Source: Candidatus Nomurabacteria bacterium | Lineage (GTDB): Bacteria > Patescibacteriota > Minisyncoccia > Phycocordibacterales > UBA1006 | Length of the DNA: 64,000 bases | Reading direction: 5' to 3' | Assembly: GCA_020632195.1 (NCBI GenBank) | Contig: JACKGA010000001.1 | Coordinates: 45,673 to 109,672, forward strand | In this document: one piece after another, positions 38,311 to 47,654 of the stretch | How the letters are laid out: every line of letters starts with the position of its first letter | Numbering within the stretch: the stretch's first letter is position 1 | Notes under the pieces: generated by a model | What the model saw: only the letters and a program-made list of their open reading frames with translations | Told to the model about the DNA's origin: nothing | Database searches by the model: none | Translations under genes and position numbers: made by a program

Positions 38311-38337
38311 TGTCATCCCCGCGTAGGCGGGGACCCA
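38311..38337. repeat. Hairpin repeat copy f
   Basis: tgtcatccccgc-gtag-gcggggaccca, in the divergent intergenic region. Confidence 0.6.
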
Positions 38338-38408
38338 TCTCAATGTTTCCACTATCTCCTTTTTTGTCAGTCTGAATTTATTTTAGGATATATGATAAAA
38401 TTAAACAC

Positions 38409-39113
38409 GTGTTTAAGCCTCTAGAAAATTTCCAATCCAACCGAAACCCGAAGGAGATTATTCTGCGTGCCCTCAAAGAATCAGAGCAATATAAGATTAC
38501 TCCAGAAGATAAAAATGAGTATGGGGAACTTTTGGCATACCCAAATGGCCCAAAATCAAATCTTGAAAACGAACTTCATTGGAAAATGGTACGAACTGAG
38601 GCTTTTAAGGAGTGGTTTGGAGACTGGCAAAATAAACCAGATGAAGCGAGTAGAGTTATAGATAATAATGGAGAACCACTTATCGTTTATCATTCCTCTC
38701 ATGATTCATTTGATGAGTTTGATCCTCAAAAAAGTCAGTATTTTTTGACGCTTGGAAAAGGTTCTTATTTTACCCCCGATCCCTCTTTATCAGAAATATA
38801 TGGAGATAAAAGATATACATGTTTTTTAAATATTAAAAATAATATTTACAAACAAAAAGAGCGCTCGGCTCTTCAGAATGGACTAAGGAATGTATATTAT
38901 TCTCTTATTCGACCTAAAGAATCGGGCTTCATCGAGCCACACGATGAAAGTGAAATTCCAGAGAGAAAACTTTTTGGAGAAGTAAGTCAAGTTTGTGTGC
39001 TTCATAAAGAAGATATTGCGATCATACCAAGTGACATTGAGCATCCTATGGAAAAATATCGCGAAAAGATTGATGGTCACTTTAGAGAAAATGGATCAAG
39101 TCCTAATCTCTAA
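38409..39113 (+). CDS. hypothetical protein with PARP-like (H-Y-E class) ADP-ribosyltransferase-fold motifs
   Basis: EPLIVYHSSHDSFDEF resembles the PARP hydrophobic-H-G-S strand, TLGKGSYFTPDPSLSEIYG resembles the GKGIYFA Tyr motif, and an acidic residue sits in FGEVSQVCVLHKED. The ORF is intact, has lower GC than its neighbours, and is bounded by a hairpin repeat and a terminator. Confidence 0.55.
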   Translation: MFKPLENFQSNRNPKEIILRALKESEQYKITPEDKNEYGELLAYPNGPKSNLENELHWKMVRTEAFKEWFGDWQNKPDEASRVIDNNGEPLIVYHSSHDSFDEFDPQKSQYFLTLGKGSYFTPDPSLSEIYGDKRYTCFLNIKNNIYKQKERSALQNGLRNVYYSLIRPKESGFIEPHDESEIPERKLFGEVSQVCVLHKEDIAIIPSDIEHPMEKYREKIDGHFRENGSSPNL

Positions 39114-39124
39114 CATAAAAAACA

Positions 39125-39150
39125 AAAAACCCTCGCGGGTTTTTTGTTTT
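39125..39150. terminator. bidirectional Rho-independent terminator
   Basis: aaaaaaccctcgc-gggttttttg. Confidence 0.7.
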
Positions 39151-39178
39151 TCTAATACATGAGAATAAGTACGGATAC

Positions 39179-39829
39179 TTATTTCTTCTTAATATCCATA
39201 TCAAGAAGCGTAAACAACCACATCCCAACAATAGAACCAACGATAGGGCCAAGAATATACATTGCATTGAAGTGTCCTACGGCCAAACCAACAGCTGGGT
39301 TAAGAACTCCCGCAGAGCCAATCATCAGCGCTACCAAAAGCCCCATAAAAAGTGATGCTCCGATGATGAATCCAGAAGCACCTTTTTCATTGCGTCCATA
39401 CACCACTGATGCAATCCCAAAGGTAAAGATTACCATACCGATTGCTTCTGCAAGTCCAACACGAATAGTGTTTTCTACGGTTGGAGCAACTTGTGCAAAA
39501 AATGCACCAAGTCCTGGCTCTGGAGCGAACCCAGCAGCAATAGCAAGAGCAACACCAGCACCAGCAAATTGTGCAGCTAGGTAGACAAGAGCATCTTTCC
39601 AATCAATTTTATTGATAAGAAATGCACCAATAGTAACCCCTGGGTTAATATGTGTCCCTGAAATATGACCAATCGTATAGACGAAAAGAGTAAGCGTAAG
39701 CCCCGCAAACAAGGCTACAAGAAGTCCTGGGATACCTGACATCAGTGACATCAAAACTACTAAAGAAAGGATGAGTGTCCCAAACATTTCGGCACCAAAC
39801 TTTTGGATAAATGGAAGAGCTTTTTTCAT
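39179..39829 (-). CDS. aquaporin/MIP family channel
   Basis: Six transmembrane segments, with a first half-helix motif SGTHINPGVT (an NPG variant of NPA) and a second NPAVGLAVG. Confidence 0.9.
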   Translation of the reverse strand: MKKALPFIQKFGAEMFGTLILSLVVLMSLMSGIPGLLVALFAGLTLTLFVYTIGHISGTHINPGVTIGAFLINKIDWKDALVYLAAQFAGAGVALAIAAGFAPEPGLGAFFAQVAPTVENTIRVGLAEAIGMVIFTFGIASVVYGRNEKGASGFIIGASLFMGLLVALMIGSAGVLNPAVGLAVGHFNAMYILGPIVGSIVGMWLFTLLDMDIKKK

Positions 39830-39993
39830 AAATAAAAATTTTGAGGTTCAAAGATTTGTAGCCATCATAGAAAGGACAACCCACAAACCAAAATTCCCTG
39901 CATTAAAATACTAACAATTAATAAATAGTAATGGACGGGACTATTATACCGCACTACAACAAAACGCAAAATGTATTCTTGGATGCTCCACTT

Positions 39994-40971
39994 CTAGATG
40001 AGCCCCAAAATCTTTGCCATAAATACGAGATAGATAAGAAGCATCATAACCCCCTCCCACAGCCTCACCTTGTTATCGGCGGTTACTGCAAAAGCGGTAA
40101 ATGTAGCAAGTGCCAAAAATGGCAGCCCGATCGCAAACGTTGTAGGATCGATATCGAGATTGCCAAAAAATGCCGGGATACTTGTCACGAGGGCAATATT
40201 GAAAATATTTGACCCAAAGACATTACCAATAGCCATCCCATGATTGCCAAGTTTAATAGCCGAAAGTGACGTAAGGATTTCGGGAAGCGAAGTACCAATT
40301 GCCACAACCGAGATAGTCAACACGGAAGAAGAAATACCAAAGAGATCCGAAAGTGTGAGCAAGCTATCGATAAAATATTTTGCAGATACAGCAATCAGTC
40401 CCATGGAAAGAATAATAAGCCCGCTATATTTCACAATCTTTAGAATTTTTATTCTAGAACCTTCGCCATCGTATTCTTCTTTTATTGCTTCCATCTCATC
40501 GGCGTCTTTTTTTTCTGGTTTTGAGGTGATGTTGTACACCATGAAAATGACAAAAAAGAGGAAGAGAAAAATGCCTTCTTGCCATGTCACTACTTTATCC
40601 ATCGCAAAAAAAAGCAAAAGGCCCGCCGAGGTAACAAAAAATGGCAAATCAATATCAATCAGCGAAGTGCTGACCTTGAGGGTTCGTGCTGCGAGTGCCC
40701 CAATCCCAAGGATCAAAAGCGCATTGGCAATATTTGAACCAATCACATTATCAATAACAAAGGTTGTTTGCCCTGTCCCAATCACTGCGTACAGCGAAGA
40801 AACAAGCTCGGGAAGTGAGGTCCCTACCGCCACGATCGTAGCACCAATAATAAAGGAACTCATCCCAAAGAGGAGTCCAAGTTTTTCACTATATTCAGTA
40901 AAATGATCGGCACTTTTTACCAGAACATAAAGTGAGCCAATAAAGGCAATAATCCATACAGCTATTTGCAT
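39994..40971 (-). CDS. CaCA family sodium/calcium exchanger (YrbG-like)
   Basis: Two alpha-repeats, each containing GTSLPEL/GTSLPEI, within a multi-pass membrane protein. Confidence 0.9.
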   Translation of the reverse strand: MQIAVWIIAFIGSLYVLVKSADHFTEYSEKLGLLFGMSSFIIGATIVAVGTSLPELVSSLYAVIGTGQTTFVIDNVIGSNIANALLILGIGALAARTLKVSTSLIDIDLPFFVTSAGLLLFFAMDKVVTWQEGIFLFLFFVIFMVYNITSKPEKKDADEMEAIKEEYDGEGSRIKILKIVKYSGLIILSMGLIAVSAKYFIDSLLTLSDLFGISSSVLTISVVAIGTSLPEILTSLSAIKLGNHGMAIGNVFGSNIFNIALVTSIPAFFGNLDIDPTTFAIGLPFLALATFTAFAVTADNKVRLWEGVMMLLIYLVFMAKILGLI

Positions 40972-41065
40972 ATAGCGATCAGTGTAGTGGAATCAAGAGA
41001 GAAGAGCAAGATACTTGACTCTCTGGTGAAAAATAGTATTTTGAAATAAACAAATTTAAAAAATC

Positions 41066-41992
41066 ATGGAAAAATTAAACATATCGACACTCGATTTCAA
41101 TCACTGGGCGAAGGGAGATCATCAAGAAAAACAGTTATTTCTGAGTTATCTTAGAAGATCATTGCAAGAGCCGGGATTCTTCTTTCTAGACAATCACGGC
41201 ATGGACCAAAAAATCCTAGACGTGAGTGAATCAAAAGCACGGAGTTTTTTCACTCAGATAAGAGAAGAGGAGCGCCTAGGGTATACATATGCTCATCTTC
41301 ATCATCAGATTGGGTATACTCCCAGCGGAGTAGAAAAAGGTGAATTTGCCAAAATTGCTGATACCAAAAAGTTTTGGCAGACGAACCCTAATTATAGTAT
41401 ACCAATAGTGAAAGAAATACCTGGATTTAACCAATTAACCCTTCAGTCTTATTATGAATTTGAAAAAATTTATACTGAACTGATGAAAGCAGTCGCAATG
41501 ACTCTGGAATTGCCAGCAACGTATTTTTCAGACCATATCGGCAATAGTGTGATGAGGGATATTTTTTACCCAGCACACCAGAATCCCGTGGTAGATGACG
41601 GAATGGTTGCCGAGGGAGGGAATGCTTTGGGCATGTGTGCATCTATGCACACGGATATAAATTTCCTGACATTGCTCGAAGCCAAAGAAAAAGGGCTACA
41701 ACTATGGCATGAGGGGAGATGGATGGATATCACTATCACAAAACCAGGATTGATCATTGTAAATTGTGGTGACATGTTACAGCATGTAACTGCGGGGTAC
41801 TATGTGTCTGGGATGCATCGCGTGGTGTGTCAGCCCAACACCCCACGTTACGCGCGACCCTTTTTCGGTCATTTGAAATCCGGGACAAGTATTGTGCCGC
41901 TCTCTCAATTCAGAGATTTTGATGCAAAACGGTTTCGATTTAAAACAACCGATGAATATTTGAATTTCAGACTCAATCAAATTGGCGTCTAA
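41066..41992 (+). CDS. 2-oxoglutarate/Fe(II)-dependent oxygenase superfamily protein
   Basis: H-x-D facial triad in MHTDINFLTLL, distal His in GMHRVV, and the RxS-like segment RPFFGHLKSGTS. Confidence 0.75.
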   Translation: MEKLNISTLDFNHWAKGDHQEKQLFLSYLRRSLQEPGFFFLDNHGMDQKILDVSESKARSFFTQIREEERLGYTYAHLHHQIGYTPSGVEKGEFAKIADTKKFWQTNPNYSIPIVKEIPGFNQLTLQSYYEFEKIYTELMKAVAMTLELPATYFSDHIGNSVMRDIFYPAHQNPVVDDGMVAEGGNALGMCASMHTDINFLTLLEAKEKGLQLWHEGRWMDITITKPGLIIVNCGDMLQHVTAGYYVSGMHRVVCQPNTPRYARPFFGHLKSGTSIVPLSQFRDFDAKRFRFKTTDEYLNFRLNQIGV

Positions 41993-42043
41993 AAGATGAT
42001 AGAAAGAAAATAGAAATAAAAGCCTACACCATTGTGTAGGCTT

Positions 42044-42493
42044 TTACTCTTCAAAAATAATTTCTCGGTCATCTCCATGCTGAAGAATACGGATCTTTAA
42101 CCAATCTTTTTGGTCACGATCTGCTACCTGTTCGGGCCATTCAATCATGATAAGGTTTCGGGGGTCAGAAAAAATCTCATCGAACTTCAGGATTGCAAGC
42201 TCTTGCCATGAGGTCAGCCGGTATGCATCGATATGGATCAGTTGCTTCCAAGGAAAACGAGAGTTGGTAATTTGATAAAACTTCGCAAGAACAAATGTCG
42301 GGCTTATCACTGTTTCAGAAATATCGAGATGGTGTGCCAGCGTCTTGGTCAAAGCAGTTTTGCCAGCCCCTAAATTTCCTGACAGCGCACATACCGTCGC
42401 ACGATGGTGTTGCATAGAAGCTACAAGTTTTTCTAAAATCTCTCCAGCTATTCGATTGGTGTCATCGAGGGAATGTGACGTGTACGTTTGCAT
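42044..42493 (-). CDS. tsaE: tRNA threonylcarbamoyladenosine biosynthesis protein TsaE
   Basis: Walker A GNLGAGKTALTK, SPTFVL and HIDAYRL motifs of the YjeE family. Confidence 0.85.
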   Translation of the reverse strand: MQTYTSHSLDDTNRIAGEILEKLVASMQHHRATVCALSGNLGAGKTALTKTLAHHLDISETVISPTFVLAKFYQITNSRFPWKQLIHIDAYRLTSWQELAILKFDEIFSDPRNLIMIEWPEQVADRDQKDWLKIRILQHGDDREIIFEE

Positions 42494-42511
42494 AGGGATA
42501 ATTTTACCATA

Positions 42512-42541
42512 ACAAAACCCCGCTTTCGCGAGGTTTTGTTA
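42512..42541 (-). terminator. Rho-independent terminator downstream of the large surface-protein gene
   Basis: acaaaaccccgc-tttc-gcgaggttttgt. Confidence 0.6.
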
Positions 42542-42555
42542 TAGTTTTTTAGAAC

Positions 42556-45336
42556 TTAGTTCTGTGATCCATCAAACGGAGCTGGGCGATACACTGTATA
42601 GTCTGGTGTATTGACTGCCTGTGGGGCAGCAGCATGTGCTTGTGGAAGGTTAGCCGGTGCCTGAGCTACAGGAGCTGGGGCATACATTGGCTGTACTGGG
42701 TGCATAGGCTGCATAGGCGCTGCAGGCATCATGTATTGTGGTTGGTGATACATAGGAGCCTGTGCGTATGCTGGCGCATATGCGTATCCATATGATGATC
42801 CTTCGGCACGCTTACCCTGTACATAGAAGTAACGAGCAGCGAGGAGAAGGAGAGCGAGGAGAAGAAGCGTAAGCAACCATCCCCATACACTCGTAAAGAA
42901 TCCTGAGAGAAATGCTGATGCAGATCCGAATCCGATAGCAGCATCATATACTTGGTCGAAGTCGAATTCGATAGCGGTGTCCTGAATACCATTACCGACA
43001 CCGTCACCACCGAGGTTTGCTTCTACGACGACTGCCTGTCCAATATTCGCACCTGGGCGTACACGAACAGTAATCATCATATCTCCCTTTTCTTCTGATT
43101 CAATATCACCAAGATCAATGATCACTGAATGTTCTGTTTTACCTGTATACGTACCACGAGTTGTTGAAAGAAATTCAAGTTCTTTTGCAAGTTTTACATC
43201 AAGGATTGCATCTTCGAAGTCTTGCTTACAGAGGTTTTCCCATTCAACTTCATATACCAATGTCTGTCCGCGGGTTACTCCTTCAACATTGTTGGTAAGG
43301 TTCAAAGCAATACATCCGAGACCAGAACCTGCTTCAAGAGTATTTGAGGTAATCGTTGTAGCAGTATTGGTGTTTACACGAGTAACGGTAGAGGTATTTG
43401 ATGAAACCGTAGAGATCACACGTCCAGGAGTACGGAATGATTCAAAGTCTCCGTATACTGGGATGCCGTTACAGTATCCGACAGCTCGTACATAGTAGGT
43501 CACTCCTGGAGTCAATCCAGAAATTGATTCACGCATGATTCCACTATTGTTTCCACGTGTGACAATACCTGTCGAAACATTCATATTTGAAGTACTGGTT
43601 CCTATCAAGAATTGAGTAGAGAAAGCGCTACAACCATTTGCATTGTATCCAGCGTTCAAAACAGCTGAAGTACCAGTCACTGATGATTCAGGAAGGGTTA
43701 CCACGATAGGATTTACTACTGAGTCAACACCATTGTTTCCTGGCTGGTCGATAGTCACAACTTGGTAGTCAGTATCAGTAACAAATTTTTCTACATCACC
43801 ACATTCCAATGTATCGTCATTATTTTCATCTTCGTACTCAACACAGATACGGAAGTAGTATGTTTCATTCGTATCAAGTCCAGTAACCGTTTTGCGGTAA
43901 TCTTCGTCACCATCAAGGTCGCTGTCAACTCTTACTTTACGGATGTCTTGCCCATCGTTGTCAACATCGCTATAGGTGTCGAAATCATTATCAACATCTT
44001 CAATGTCATTCTTGTTCTGTCCGTATACAAAGAATACAACACCGTTATCAAAGTCATTCATGTCTACTGAACCATTAAGTTTTGCAGAGTCTTCATCAAC
44101 ATCCTCGGCATCATCAGTATCAGCTTTTGGTTCATCATTATTATTGTGAGAACCAGAACTTACATCTACGGATACGTTATCACTTGCTGAAAGACCATAG
44201 TTGTTGGTACAAGTAATTTCAAAATTAGTATCTTCATTAAGTGAATAGGTGTCACTATTGCTTGATGTATAAATACCTGTTTTTCCATCGAAGTAACTCA
44301 AGTTTGGAGTTGCATCATAGATACAGTGATCAGCATTAGTAATTGTCCATGTCACTACTACATTGTCTCCTTCCTGAATAGTACTATCGTTCACAGTAAT
44401 ATCTACCGTTGGCGCAGTGCCCTGATTTCCTCCATTGCTTGTTACGGTAAGCTGGTGAGTATCCTGTACTGGCGTACCATCAAGTCCGATACAATTTGCA
44501 GTAAAGCTATAGGTACCAGCAGAAAGAACATATGAAGATGAGCCAGTAGTTCCAGAGTTGTTGTTCCATTGAGAAACAGTAGGAGAAGAAGTGAAAGTAC
44601 AAGTCGAAACATCATTAGAATTCCAAGAAACATTTGCAGAAGTACCTGCAGGCACTGTAGATGTCCCAGAGACATTTACTGATGGGTTGTAGGTAGGAGC
44701 AGGCGTGTCATTACCGATCTTGAAAATAGCAGTAATGTATACGTAATCACCAATACCGATAGGCTGATTGATATTTTGTCCTGAGCTACCAAACATAGCA
44801 GTGCTGGTAGAGAATGTCCCACTATCTACAGCATTCCCATTATCATAATATACTTCATGATATCGAATATAACTCACAGTCTGGTCTATTCCAGAAATAT
44901 CAAAACCAACTCCGTCATATTCTGTAGAACCTCCATTGTCAGAAAGAGTAACTCCAAAGTCTACTCCTGACTGTGCTGTAGAAGAATTAGGGTTAAAACC
45001 GGTCACCTTAAAGTTTGGACTGGTCATTACTTGGTTACCAATATTCTTCAGTTTGATACGTAGGTTGATAGTATCTCCGGCATTGGCAGTAATATCATTT
45101 TTATTCCAACACAATTCGTATTGGGAATTTGATACAACACCGTATCCACTCGTGTGGTTACCGATTTGGGCCAGAGCACATTCATTAGATGAGTTACCGG
45201 CATCTTGGTTATAACCCAAAGAGCCATTGGCAAACTGTCCCGCTGCAAATGCAGTCGAAACAGAAACCATAGCAATCGCAACGACAGCAAAGGCTGCAAC
45301 AGCGATATATGAGATTGTTTTCATAACGTTTTTCAT
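42556..45336 (-). CDS. large cell-surface protein (926 aa) with signal peptide, repeated beta-rich domains, C-terminal transmembrane anchor and Tyr/Pro/Ala-rich cytoplasmic tail
   Basis: N-terminal MKNVMKTISYIAVAAFAVVAIAMVSVSTAFA and multiple T/S/N-rich Ig-like segments. The C-terminal transmembrane segment FFTSVWGWLLTLLLLALLLLAA is followed by YGYAYAPAYAQAPMYHQPQYMMPAAPMQPMHPVQPMYAPAP. Confidence 0.7.
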   Translation of the reverse strand: MKNVMKTISYIAVAAFAVVAIAMVSVSTAFAAGQFANGSLGYNQDAGNSSNECALAQIGNHTSGYGVVSNSQYELCWNKNDITANAGDTINLRIKLKNIGNQVMTSPNFKVTGFNPNSSTAQSGVDFGVTLSDNGGSTEYDGVGFDISGIDQTVSYIRYHEVYYDNGNAVDSGTFSTSTAMFGSSGQNINQPIGIGDYVYITAIFKIGNDTPAPTYNPSVNVSGTSTVPAGTSANVSWNSNDVSTCTFTSSPTVSQWNNNSGTTGSSSYVLSAGTYSFTANCIGLDGTPVQDTHQLTVTSNGGNQGTAPTVDITVNDSTIQEGDNVVVTWTITNADHCIYDATPNLSYFDGKTGIYTSSNSDTYSLNEDTNFEITCTNNYGLSASDNVSVDVSSGSHNNNDEPKADTDDAEDVDEDSAKLNGSVDMNDFDNGVVFFVYGQNKNDIEDVDNDFDTYSDVDNDGQDIRKVRVDSDLDGDEDYRKTVTGLDTNETYYFRICVEYEDENNDDTLECGDVEKFVTDTDYQVVTIDQPGNNGVDSVVNPIVVTLPESSVTGTSAVLNAGYNANGCSAFSTQFLIGTSTSNMNVSTGIVTRGNNSGIMRESISGLTPGVTYYVRAVGYCNGIPVYGDFESFRTPGRVISTVSSNTSTVTRVNTNTATTITSNTLEAGSGLGCIALNLTNNVEGVTRGQTLVYEVEWENLCKQDFEDAILDVKLAKELEFLSTTRGTYTGKTEHSVIIDLGDIESEEKGDMMITVRVRPGANIGQAVVVEANLGGDGVGNGIQDTAIEFDFDQVYDAAIGFGSASAFLSGFFTSVWGWLLTLLLLALLLLAARYFYVQGKRAEGSSYGYAYAPAYAQAPMYHQPQYMMPAAPMQPMHPVQPMYAPAPVAQAPANLPQAHAAAPQAVNTPDYTVYRPAPFDGSQN

Positions 45337-45837
45337 AATAATGTATAAAAATAATAATTTGGAATAATGATGTTAATTAAACGACTTATTTCTTAATTAA
45401 CACAGTAATTATAGCACAATGGTATAAAAATGTCAAGCATTTAGCAAGACCCTCACCGGCCGAGTTGGCCAGCGTTATACGATGCTCTGATTCCTGTATC
45501 AACTAAACGTCTCCCTCACAACATAGTGGAGAGTGGTGTATATACGTCAATTATGCGCTTTTCTTTCGTAAAGATATGAGAGAATAGCGTAGTATCGCTT
45601 ATTTATAACGAATACAACCACATTTTCTTACAGAACGCAAGTGTTTTTCTTTATTTGTTAAAAAATTTTCCTCGCATCCGCGAGAACATTCCCCTTTCGT
45701 TCGAGATTCGATCAGAAAAATGATCAAATGCCGAATAAAGAGTGGGATCACCAACAGGGATCCCAACTTTAAAACTTTTTACATAACCCAGGGTATCTAC
45801 TCTCATATGATATGATTTCGATACCCTATAAATAACC

Positions 45838-46698
45838 CTACTCCCCAAAGCTTCCGGAAACCCCGCCAGCGCTAGAGCCGGCGCCCTGGCTTCCGGAAAC
45901 CCCACCATTTTCTCCTGAACCATATGATCCAGGTACTCCACCACCATTTGTTGGCGTGTAAATAGTAGGTTGAGGGTTCGAACCACCTTGCGGTACGTAT
46001 ACCGTGTTGGTGGTTTTTCCCCAATCTTTGGAGATTAGTCCTGAGACTACTCCTCCAACAATTGGGCCGACCCAAGATCCAGCGGCAGCCCATTTCTGGG
46101 CTTTGTTGGCGCCTTGTGGTTGTGTTTGTACATAAATCACTTGCGGCTGAGTCGACTGGGTTTCAGGTGTTTTTTTGGCCTGAAACAGATCTATCTTTGG
46201 AAGCGGTTTGATATCGCTTCCGCAGCCACAATCCGCTGGGGCTGGAGCTGGGGTTTCAGTAAATCTTTTTCCCAAATTGATACAGAAATTTGTACCAATC
46301 TTGAAAGAAACCTTGCTCCAGCTTTCATCTTGCGAAAGCCGGTATTCAAAAATTCTTATACCGGCATTTAGATAGCCGGCAGAAAAAATTATTCCGTCCT
46401 TAACCCCATGGTTAAGGATTTTTTCCCCAGCCTGTACGCTTCTGATGCGTACATTTTGAGAAATATTTGGCGACCCTACTGCAGCCACCAATCTACTCCA
46501 TTCCGCCTGTCCAATTTCTTGGATCAGTGCAGTCTGGGTAGACTGCGGCATGCCACCTACCCATGCTTTAAAAGCGCGAATAGTGTCACCATTGTTTGCA
46601 TTCAGCAAATCCCAGCCCCATGGGTTAAATTCCCCAGAAGCTTTAGAATTTAAGAAAAAAAACAATGTACATACGATTAAAAAATTTATTTTTTTCAT
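45838..46698 (-). CDS. secreted Gly-rich hypothetical protein, paralog A
   Basis: Signal peptide. It shares FKAW, AGYLNAGIR, KIGTNFCINLGKR and a C-terminal GGGVPGS...G-rich tail with the 48685..49752 gene. Confidence 0.6.
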   Translation of the reverse strand: MKKINFLIVCTLFFFLNSKASGEFNPWGWDLLNANNGDTIRAFKAWVGGMPQSTQTALIQEIGQAEWSRLVAAVGSPNISQNVRIRSVQAGEKILNHGVKDGIIFSAGYLNAGIRIFEYRLSQDESWSKVSFKIGTNFCINLGKRFTETPAPAPADCGCGSDIKPLPKIDLFQAKKTPETQSTQPQVIYVQTQPQGANKAQKWAAAGSWVGPIVGGVVSGLISKDWGKTTNTVYVPQGGSNPQPTIYTPTNGGGVPGSYGSGENGGVSGSQGAGSSAGGVSGSFGE

Positions 46699-46953
46699 GA
46701 TTTTATGTTTTTGTGCCCATTTCTGAGCGATTTTTAGAATAAAAACATGACCCCTCGCGGATCATGTCCGGCGAATTGGGGTAAAAAACTACTTTTTTAA
46801 CCTTGATTCTCCACTATTATAACATACTCTTTGACAAAAAGCAAGTCTTATTGTATAAATATCTCTAGAAAACCCAAAAATCAACCTGGTTTCTTGTCGT
46901 CTTGAGCTTTACCATCGCTCGTTCTGGTGTCTCATACACTGATAATACGAGCT

Positions 46954-46978
46954 TTGTCCTCCTGAACGTGTTTCAGAA
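46954..46978. repeat. Hairpin repeat copy k1 (degenerate) / first unit of a 2-copy direct repeat
   Basis: ttgtcctcctgaa-cgtgt-ttcagaat. Its 25-nt core is identical to 47006..47030. Confidence 0.55.
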
Positions 46979-47005
46979 TTTAAGTATCCTCTCATCATCT
47001 ACTCT

Positions 47006-47034
47006 TTGTCCTCCTGAACGTGTTTCAGGATCCA
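47006..47034. repeat. Hairpin repeat copy k2
   Basis: ttgtcctcctgaa-cgtgt-ttcaggatcca. Confidence 0.6.
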
Positions 47035-47124
47035 TGGTACTACAGATATTCTCGTGTCTATTGGGAATTCAGCTCATGGTATGAAATATCTTTTCTATCT
47101 CTTTGTTGAACTCTCTTGGATCTC

Positions 47125-47151
47125 TGGATCCCGATTGTCATCGGGATGACA
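47125..47151. repeat. Hairpin repeat copy g
   Basis: tggatcccga-ttgtca-tcgggatgaca. Confidence 0.65.
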
Positions 47152-47205
47152 AGCATTTGTTTGTTTTTAATTGGGTGTTTATAATCCTTCTATTATATTT
47201 ATGTT

Positions 47206-47614
47206 TGTCATCCTGACGCATGTCAGGATCCATACAACTCCAAAGATAATTTGATATACTAGGAATATTACCCATTATTGAAGACTGTGTAATATGAATC
47301 ATAGAGAATACTATGTATACATTATGTGCAACAAAGCTCGTGGCACCTTGTATATAGGCGTTACAAACAATATAGAAGTGCGCGTGCAACAACATCAACA
47401 AGGAAAAGGCAGTGTCTTTACTGCAAAATACCAACTCTATAGACTTGTATATTATGAATCCTTTCAATACATTGATCAGGCAATTATGAGAGAGAAGCAG
47501 CTTAAAAATTGGAGAAGACAATGGAAGATTAATCTTATCGAAGAATATAATCCAATATGGCGAGATCTCAGCTATGAATGGTTTTATGGATCCTGAAATA
47601 AATTCAGGATGACA
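47206..47614 (+). mobile_element. candidate compact mobile cassette: GIY-YIG nuclease gene flanked by 27-bp inverted hairpin repeats
   Basis: The left end is tgtcatcctgacgcatgtcaggatcca (47206..47232). The right end is tggatcctgaaataaattcaggatgaca (47587..47614). Its reverse complement matches the left end except in the loop. The ORF's stop codon lies inside the right repeat. Confidence 0.45.
47294..47596 (+). CDS. GIY-YIG nuclease superfamily protein (100 aa; COG2827/UPF0213-like)
   Basis: MNHREYYVYIMCNKARGTLYIGVTNNIEVRVQQHQQGKG...: GIY-YIG core (YVYIM..GTLYIGVTNN), conserved Arg, His-Gln-x-Gly and a distal Glu/Asn. The terminal codons gga tcc tga sit inside the hairpin repeat. Confidence 0.8.
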   Translation: MNHREYYVYIMCNKARGTLYIGVTNNIEVRVQQHQQGKGSVFTAKYQLYRLVYYESFQYIDQAIMREKQLKNWRRQWKINLIEEYNPIWRDLSYEWFYGS

Positions 47615-47654
47615 AATGAGAAGAATAATGTGTATTCCAAAATATACAGTAAGA

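Noticed and set aside
45651-45986. 111-aa minus-strand ORF
   Set aside because: It overlaps the 3' end of secreted paralog A in another frame and has no independent support. It is probably spurious.
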